In this document: positions 57,433 through 64,000 of the stretch, piece by piece
Numbering within the stretch: position 1 is the first letter of the stretch
Layout: each line of letters starts with the position of its first letter
Assembly (NCBI GenBank): GCA_010093745.1
Contig: MU005961.1
Coordinates: 1 to 64,000 of the forward strand
DNA from: Piedraia hortae CBS 480.64
Taxonomy: Eukaryota
Length of the DNA stretch: 64,000 bases
Reading direction: 5' to 3'
Translations under genes and position numbers: made by a program
Notes under the pieces: model-generated
The model's input: the letters and a program-made list of their open reading frames with translations, nothing else
Databases searched by the model: none
Told to the model about the DNA's origin: nothing

Positions 57433-59919
57433 CTACTTCTCAACCCCAAAGGTCAACCGTCTCACTTTCTCGTCATCACAATCCCCACGCACAGCAAACC
57501 TCCCCACCGGCAGAGTACACTGCACCAGATCTTGCGGGCGGGCGAGATATTTTGGCGTTTCGGGCTCGATGTTTTCTTTTGCTTGCAGTTCATCCCTCTC
57601 CGTACCATGGTGCGGTGCACCCATCAATCCTCCCTGTCCAGTAATCGGCGTAGCATTCCTCTGCATCGCATACGGCGAAGCAGCAAGCGAAGCATCCCTC
57701 TCCCCACCCCGCGCACCATCCCCCCTCCCCTCCCCATTAGATCTAGCAACCTTCCTCCCCCTCGGTTCCATCGACTTCCTCCGCCTCTTCTTCCCCACTA
57801 TGCTCTGGGACTCCACCTCGACCCTATATCCCCCCTCATCAACCCTCACCCCCCTCTCCTCACACTCCAGCACCCAGCGTGCATTGACACAATACACCTC
57901 CCTCCCCGCATTTTTTATCTTACTCAACAACGAAGGCGGCCCATCCTTGAAAACAACATGAGTAGTCCTTTCCGTCAAGGTCTTTACGGTTCGTGCGCCA
58001 AGGCGGTGGAGGAGGGTGACGTATGCGTCTGAGGCGTTGGAGCCGTCTAGGGTATACACGGAAACGAGGATTGTGAGGGCGCGGAGGGGGAGGGTTGGAT
58101 GGGGGGTCAAAGGATCTTCTTGGGGGGTTGGAGGGTCCCCTTGGGTTGTGGGTTGGGTGGTGTGGAGGAGGGCTGCTTTGCGGAGGGAGTTGTGGCGATT
58201 ATGACGCCGCGCTGCGGTTGGGGTGGTGAATTTACTGGGCACGGCGACCGTGGCTGCGTGTTTAACAAGGGGGAGGGGGACTTTGGGGGTTGAGGGGGCA
58301 GGTTGAGGTTGGGCCACCACGATGGGTGCATCGGGTTCGTCTTGCTTGGTGCATTGTAAGCGGGTCTGAGGGTGGACTGTCCGCGGGATGGCTGGGACGA
58401 CCTTTTTGGAGGGTGTTTTGGTTCCGGTTGCTGGTAGTGACCTTCGGCTGGTGGGTTGGGTGTAGGGAGGCAGTTTGAGGGAACTCATGGAATCTTCCAG
58501 AGCGGCAGTGTCGATGAATTCGCTGAAATGGACGGTTTCGTCTGCTGGAGATGGGAGGTTCTCTATCTGAGGCGAGTCAAGGTCCATGTGTGTGGCTGCA
58601 TTGAGATTGAGGGGGATGGTCTCGTCCTGGCGTATGTGCTCCCAGATGATGGTTTCCGTTGTCGGATGTGTTACTGGAGGTTGGATTTCTGGGCTGGGCC
58701 CACTCGCAGCTGCCAAAAAGTCGACCTGGAAGGTTTGACAGGGCTCCTGGTCGGGAAAGGCCTCGGTGTCGCTGTTCTCTAGCACGACTTCGGTTTCATC
58801 GGGGTCGATGACATTGACAGTGTCAGCAGGTGCAAGATCTTCGACCGATTCAGCAGTCTCGATAGCCTCAGAAGTTTTAGTGAGCCCAACAGTCTTCACA
58901 GTCTCCACAGCTTCAATGCTCTCCACAGACTCCACAGGCTCAACAACCTCATCCGTCTCAATCGATTCAACAAAATCAACAGGCTCCACCTCAACAGCAT
59001 TAGGCTCCTCCACTTCAACATCGGGCTCGCCACCCTCCGACTTCCCATCCCAGCCAACGCTGCCTGCTGTCTGGACCGCCTTCCCACTACGCAGCATATC
59101 CTCCACCGGCTGATCCACCATATGCACCGCCGACAGCTGACGAGTAGACACGGCCCGACTCGGCGCCTTCCTCATCGGCGTCTTCGGTCCATTTAGTTCA
59201 TCATCCGACTCTGACTCAACCTTCTCCTCTACAGCAGCCCTAGGCTTACGCTTTGAAGCGCGTTGGGTGACAGTAATGGGGATATCAACCTTCTCATCAT
59301 CCTTAACCGGAGTCAACGGGGCATTTTCATCAGACTCGGTGCGTTTCTTGGCACGTTTGGCTGGCTGTCCCTTTGCTGCCGTAGACTTGGTAGCTCTGGT
59401 TGCTCTGCTGACCTGGCTGACCTTCTTGGGCGAAAGAGGTTGTACAGCCTTCCCGCGCTTGGTGGGCTCGATCTTGGGGACTTTGTCTACGGTATCGGCC
59501 TTGACGGTCACTTTGCGCGTAGTCAGAGGCTTGGCGCGGGAGGTGGGCGGTGCGGTTGCTTTTCTGGCTGGTTCGGCTGGTTTCTTGGCTGGCTCGGCTG
59601 TCTTCTTGGCTGGTTCGGCTGCCTCTTTGGCCAGCACTGCTGCCTTCTTAGGCTGTTCAGCGGCCTTCTTGCTTGGTACAGCAGCCTTCGCTACAGCAGG
59701 CTTCTTCTCTACAGTCTTGACTGGCTCAGCCTGCCTCCTCGTCCTACCACGCACCGGCTTCTCCGTCTTATCCTCAGTCTTCTTTTCTCGCGCTGGCTTC
59801 GGCTGTTCGACGGGTGCCTTGGCCTTGGCCGTCGCCTTGCGAATCGGCTTCTTCCGCAAAGTAAGGATAGGTTCCGGCTCTGGTTCAGCCAGCTGTGCCG
59901 TTCGTCGCGTTGATACCAT
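57433..59919 (-). CDS. BRCT-domain protein with a long K/P/A-rich disordered N-terminus (microcephalin-like BRCT)
   Basis: ATG at 59919 (MVSTRRTAQ). BRCT-like segment ILVSVYTLDGSNASDAYVTLLHRLGARTVK...TTHVVFKDG...VYCVNARWVLECE followed by KRRRKSMEP. 7-aa KKPAEPA-type repeats. Confidence 0.82.
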   Translation of the reverse strand: MVSTRRTAQLAEPEPEPILTLRKKPIRKATAKAKAPVEQPKPAREKKTEDKTEKPVRGRTRRQAEPVKTVEKKPAVAKAAVPSKKAAEQPKKAAVLAKEAAEPAKKTAEPAKKPAEPARKATAPPTSRAKPLTTRKVTVKADTVDKVPKIEPTKRGKAVQPLSPKKVSQVSRATRATKSTAAKGQPAKRAKKRTESDENAPLTPVKDDEKVDIPITVTQRASKRKPRAAVEEKVESESDDELNGPKTPMRKAPSRAVSTRQLSAVHMVDQPVEDMLRSGKAVQTAGSVGWDGKSEGGEPDVEVEEPNAVEVEPVDFVESIETDEVVEPVESVESIEAVETVKTVGLTKTSEAIETAESVEDLAPADTVNVIDPDETEVVLENSDTEAFPDQEPCQTFQVDFLAAASGPSPEIQPPVTHPTTETIIWEHIRQDETIPLNLNAATHMDLDSPQIENLPSPADETVHFSEFIDTAALEDSMSSLKLPPYTQPTSRRSLPATGTKTPSKKVVPAIPRTVHPQTRLQCTKQDEPDAPIVVAQPQPAPSTPKVPLPLVKHAATVAVPSKFTTPTAARRHNRHNSLRKAALLHTTQPTTQGDPPTPQEDPLTPHPTLPLRALTILVSVYTLDGSNASDAYVTLLHRLGARTVKTLTERTTHVVFKDGPPSLLSKIKNAGREVYCVNARWVLECEERGVRVDEGGYRVEVESQSIVGKKRRRKSMEPRGRKVARSNGEGRGDGARGGERDASLAASPYAMQRNATPITGQGGLMGAPHHGTERDELQAKENIEPETPKYLARPQDLVQCTLPVGRFAVRGDCDDEKVRRLTFGVEK

Positions 59920-60073
59920 TGTGTTTGCAGTCAAGTGGACCAAAATCGCAGTGGGGGTAAATAGAGTAAACGTAACAGCCAATCAGAGAAGCGACGCATT
60001 TCTGCATTTGGCAGACGTCATTCCTAAAAGGGTAAGACGTCCTGTTGTCATGACAACGCAGTGTTTAATGGCT

Positions 60074-60092
60074 GTCGCGTCGCGTCGCGTCA
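60074..60092. promoter_or_regulatory. Tandem CGCGTC (MCB-like) elements in the divergent BRCT/separase promoter
   Basis: gtcgcgtcgcgtcgcgtc. Similar GACGCG doublets at 5817-5833 and 51042-51054. Confidence 0.5.
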
Positions 60093-60124
60093 TCGCCCAC
60101 GACAGGCGGCCAGGCAGAAACGAC

Positions 60125-63100
60125 ATGGAAAAAGGCGGTGTGGCCGCGATTTGCGCCTCTGGATCAGCTACAACAGCCACCGCGACCCAGCTGCAGACTC
60201 TACTGGACCTACCCAAAGCGAAGAAGTCAGCCAATCGCAAACCTCTGACAGCCAAGGCAAAAACCGCTTTAGCTACTGAAGTGGTCAATGCGACATTAAA
60301 AGCTTTGAGTACTGCTGCTAAGGGGAAAGATGTTCCGTCGCGCGCACTACAGCCGATTTCTGATAATGTCGGGCATGAGGGAAAGGTTAACCTTGGCGCA
60401 ACTGCTGAGTGTGGGAGCATTGCGTTTGGGTATTTGAGGAGTTTGGAGTACAGCAAGAAGCAAGATGGCACGGCTGCGGAATGGCAGGTTGAAACGGGGA
60501 TGTTGTTGTTTGCTGGACGGTGTATCACTCTGGGACTGGACACGATAGCGTCAAGGGAGTTGTGTGCGATGAAGCGCAGGTTTGCGGAGGCTGTTGCTCC
60601 TCAGAGAAAACCTTCGACGGCATCTACACGGCCGGAAAAGGAGACGATAACTTCGTTGCTGCAGCTTGACTTCAAAATTCCGGATAAGTCTCCTGCCTTG
60701 CCTTTGGTTATAACATATCATCAGCACGTGCTCCGGTTAATATCTGCCGCCAGGAAGCCAAGGGTTTTTGAAGCCGTACTGGAACATTTGAGCTTAGAAT
60801 TTGAGAACTCCCCGGCTAATATCATCCGTCGGCATGCTGCTGTTACGGGGGATAATGCACAGGCATCAAAGCAGCTGGAGGCTCTGGCACAGACTATTCT
60901 GTCACTCTGTCCAAGCGTGCACCCATCTAATGACGAAAACGCTACCAGACTGGACTCCTCACCCTCTCCTACTTCCGTCTTTGAACTCCAAGTCCTCGCC
61001 TTATCAATCCGGAAAATCAGTTGGAAATTATCAAAAGTAGACCCAACCACCAATCTGCTACTACCTTTCTCAAGATGTCTCCTAGCATTCGGCCGGAGAG
61101 CAAAACTGCGTGGTGTGAAGCAAAAAGACTACGAAATCGCACAAAAAGCGTATACCCAGCTTGTCGATAACAGCCTCACACACGACGACGCCTCCTTTGA
61201 CATCCTCCGATCCATGTCATCTCTAGCCGAATCAATCAATCAACACAAAAAGGCCCTGCACTGGGCGGAGCGATTAGCCAAATCACTCGAAATATTAGAT
61301 CAGTTACACGCCCGAAGGGTTGCAGCTACAGTCCACGTCCATCTCCTCAAACTAAAAACAGGCGGCAGCAGCAAAGACGACGACTTTCTTCAATCCACAT
61401 TACGCAGTCTTAAAGGCCAAATCAGCGGCCACGCCGCCGACTACGATTACCTTCTCCTGGTCCTAGCCTCGTTGATGCAGTTTGACGGAAGTCACAGTCA
61501 AGAGGTATGCGCCCTCGCTGCATCTTTTGCACAGCGGTATACCCGCTCCTACCAGCAGCGGAACCAGGAACACTGCGTTGCCATTATCATAGGCGCACTT
61601 CGTCGATCAGAGGTCGAACGATGGGTTAGCGTTGATTCCGCGCACCTGCTCATCCGCACTGGAGTCCTCGCTGAAATCACTGCTGCTGCGGAGAGGAAGC
61701 CTCCAGCAAAAGCATGGTCAATCTCCCGTGCGGCGGCGGGTCTTGGGCGGATTCTGAAAGGTTTGCTTTTACAATCTGCGAGGGAATCCGCTCCGGTGCT
61801 GTTTGATGATAAAGCGTTGGACCCGCTGCAGAGAGCGACGGTGGTGGAGTGGCAGTTTGTCTATGCTGCTGAACTTGCGTATCGGCAAAAATATCGGAAG
61901 TCGATGCGGAAGGTGGTTGTGGATATGTTGCTGCTCCTGGATGGCTTGTATCAGAGACACCCGGTTCGTCGGGCGAGGGTTGCTGCTACTTTGCTAAGAC
62001 TGCATGCGAGCTATGCGGAGGTTGTGGCGGGTGATGTTGTCAGACATTGGCGGGAGAGCGCAGTCTCTGATGAGCTGTTAGATGATCAAGGGTTGAGTGA
62101 TTACGTCGAGGATGTCAACGCTTCGTTGATGTTTGCGAGCGCCTTTTGCGATGCATTGCCTGATTTTGAGGAGTTGAAGCTGGCTTTAATGACGTGGGAA
62201 AAGCTCAGTGAAAAGCAGATCAGCGACTTGGACAGCCTCGTCTCGCAGCTCAGAGCTCTCAGTGCGTGTCTGGCCGTCAAGGGAGATGAGAGTTTGAGAT
62301 TGCGGGTGCTTCGATTGATATCAAGCCTGTGCAAGGGAGATGCTCTAGCATTGTGTGAACTGGCTGGGCAACATCTTGACTGCGGGTATGCGGAGAAGGC
62401 GAGCGAGGTACTTGGACAAACTAAAAGGTCCGAGGATGAACTTGTCAATGCAAAAGTGCATCTAGCCCGGGCTCTGTGCCATCTTGAAAGTGGCCACGCC
62501 GACAGCGCAGAGAAATCTCTGCAGGAGGCATTCCAACTACTTGAAGGAATTCGCAAGGAGGATAGGAAGACATACGACCTGCTCACCGTCGAAAGCTGGC
62601 TTGTACAATCGTTATTGTGCAGAAAAATGGGAAAGCCGTATGATGCCCTCACAGCAGCCAAGAAATCGATGCAAATGATTAACACTCTCTGGGCAGCGAC
62701 GGAACGGTCGGAAGGGCAGGTTATACCTCAGCCGCCTACGAAGTCGACGGAAGAAGTGGAAGTCGATCAACTCACGACGGGCGTCAGTAAACTTCAACTG
62801 ACGCGGAAGCGTAGCGATCAGAGTGAAAAGGGAGCAGCATTTTGGCCTTTAGTCCCACTACTCTGTCGGACTTTGACTCAACTATCCAGCATGTATTCTT
62901 TCCACGGCATTTTCGGCGATGCAGACTACTACCTCCGTCGTGTGGTAGACGTTTGCGAAGCACTGAAAGCGTCTCCATTGTTGCAGAAAGCACTCTGCCA
63001 CCGTGCTCGTCTGCTGACAATTGCGGATGACCTCGAACAGGCGGAAGTTTGTCTGACCAAGATATCTGAGTTGGGTGGTCTGACGGTGGATTATCATTGC

Positions 63101-64000
63101 GCAAAAGCCTTTGCTCGGACCAAGGGGGTTGACTCAAGTGAAGCGCTGAAGCTGTATGATGAGGCACTGAAACTGATTGACGAAATGGTCAAGCCGCAGG
63201 TTGCAGCAAGAAAGAAGTCCAAGAAAGCTGTCAAACCAGCTGAACCCATCCTCTTCCACGAAAAACGCATGACCATCAACCTCAACAAAGCCATCATCTC
63301 TTTACATCAAGACCAACCCGTCAACCTCGCCAACCTCCAAACAAGCACAACCTTCCTCGAACGCCGGGCGCACTACCTCCAACTCATGAACCAAGCCACC
63401 ACAGCCATCTCTTCGGACATAACATTCAGCATGCTCCCCGACTCCACCCTATCCATCCCCTCCCTCCCATCCAAAAAACCCACGCAACCCGCTCTAAAAA
63501 CCTACCTCTCCACCCTCCTCTCCGCAAAAAACAACCTGACCACCAACCGCGAAGCATTCCTCCCCCAACTTCCCACCACGGAAATACATACCGTCCATTC
63601 TATGCTCTCCCAAACAACATCCCTCCTCTCCCCCCTCACCCCTGCCTCAGCAGTAACCCTCGCCCTCGAAATCGACCTCCCAAAAATGCACGCCACACAG
63701 TCCACATCGTCACCCTACCTCCCCTTTCCCCCACAAACCCTCCTGTTATCCCTCACTCCCGCTGAATACCAAGAAAGAATCATCAACACCCTCCCCCAAT
63801 CGATATATGCAGTATCCCTAACCCTCTCCCACGATTCTACCGAGCTCTACGCAGTCCGCTATACACCGCACACCGACCCATTTATAATCCGCCTCCCTTT
63901 CTCACGGAGCGACTCTCCCTTCGATTATACGGAGGGGAGGAGGGTGCTGGAGGAGATTATCTCCCGCTCGAACGCGACGTGCCATTCGCAAAAGGGGAAG
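60125..64000 (+). CDS. ESP1: Separase (Esp1/Cut1/BimB), 5' portion, runs off the end of the window
   Basis: The ATG at 60125 is in frame with the last codon at 63998-64000. The ORF track does not list it, consistent with no stop inside the window. A helical N-terminal region leads into EYQERIINTLPQSIYAVSLTLSHDSTELYAVRY...PFIIRLPFSR...FDYTEGRRVLEEII, resembling the start of the separase C-terminal domain. Confidence 0.85.
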   Translation, partial: MEKGGVAAICASGSATTATATQLQTLLDLPKAKKSANRKPLTAKAKTALATEVVNATLKALSTAAKGKDVPSRALQPISDNVGHEGKVNLGATAECGSIAFGYLRSLEYSKKQDGTAAEWQVETGMLLFAGRCITLGLDTIASRELCAMKRRFAEAVAPQRKPSTASTRPEKETITSLLQLDFKIPDKSPALPLVITYHQHVLRLISAARKPRVFEAVLEHLSLEFENSPANIIRRHAAVTGDNAQASKQLEALAQTILSLCPSVHPSNDENATRLDSSPSPTSVFELQVLALSIRKISWKLSKVDPTTNLLLPFSRCLLAFGRRAKLRGVKQKDYEIAQKAYTQLVDNSLTHDDASFDILRSMSSLAESINQHKKALHWAERLAKSLEILDQLHARRVAATVHVHLLKLKTGGSSKDDDFLQSTLRSLKGQISGHAADYDYLLLVLASLMQFDGSHSQEVCALAASFAQRYTRSYQQRNQEHCVAIIIGALRRSEVERWVSVDSAHLLIRTGVLAEITAAAERKPPAKAWSISRAAAGLGRILKGLLLQSARESAPVLFDDKALDPLQRATVVEWQFVYAAELAYRQKYRKSMRKVVVDMLLLLDGLYQRHPVRRARVAATLLRLHASYAEVVAGDVVRHWRESAVSDELLDDQGLSDYVEDVNASLMFASAFCDALPDFEELKLALMTWEKLSEKQISDLDSLVSQLRALSACLAVKGDESLRLRVLRLISSLCKGDALALCELAGQHLDCGYAEKASEVLGQTKRSEDELVNAKVHLARALCHLESGHADSAEKSLQEAFQLLEGIRKEDRKTYDLLTVESWLVQSLLCRKMGKPYDALTAAKKSMQMINTLWAATERSEGQVIPQPPTKSTEEVEVDQLTTGVSKLQLTRKRSDQSEKGAAFWPLVPLLCRTLTQLSSMYSFHGIFGDADYYLRRVVDVCEALKASPLLQKALCHRARLLTIADDLEQAEVCLTKISELGGLTVDYHCAKAFARTKGVDSSEALKLYDEALKLIDEMVKPQVAARKKSKKAVKPAEPILFHEKRMTINLNKAIISLHQDQPVNLANLQTSTTFLERRAHYLQLMNQATTAISSDITFSMLPDSTLSIPSLPSKKPTQPALKTYLSTLLSAKNNLTTNREAFLPQLPTTEIHTVHSMLSQTTSLLSPLTPASAVTLALEIDLPKMHATQSTSSPYLPFPPQTLLLSLTPAEYQERIINTLPQSIYAVSLTLSHDSTELYAVRYTPHTDPFIIRLPFSRSDSPFDYTEGRRVLEEIISRSNATCHSQKGK

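Noticed and set aside
59983..60543. 186-aa minus-strand ORF
   Set aside because: Antisense to the separase 5' end and promoter, with a GTG start.

Overview
Eukaryotic DNA from a filamentous ascomycete (Pezizomycotina; Eurotiomycetes/Chaetothyriales-like is an inference from the gene set and intron signals). The region is gene-dense, with very short introns (about 42-57 nt in the cases measured) and very short intergenic gaps. About 28 protein genes can be reconstructed: pyruvate kinase, mitofissin Atg44, RPS11, kinetochore Spc105/KNL1, two SDRs, a ZIP zinc transporter, BolA, eisosome Pil1, glutaminyl cyclase, OST subunit Swp1, a GNAT, a ZZ/EF-hand protein, CAF-1 p60, the N-terminal methyltransferase NTM1, an RPEL protein, a large coiled-coil protein, HYPK, class II DAHP synthase, a BRCT protein, the 5' part of separase, and several hypotheticals. 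Non-coding or accessory content: a dispersed 5S rRNA gene; an intact 1097-aa gene with a decayed paralog 3 kb away; a 5'-truncated LINE with an (ATT)n tail and a probable target-site duplication; a small inverted-repeat family; several mini/microsatellites; and a 20-N assembly gap. The most novel-looking items are an isolated 24-codon Pro-rich sORF with gene-like flanks, an unnamed ~65-aa module amplified in the duplicated gene, and recurring orientation-independent C-rich to G-rich strand-skew domains. All protein identities come from remembered motifs. No database search was run.
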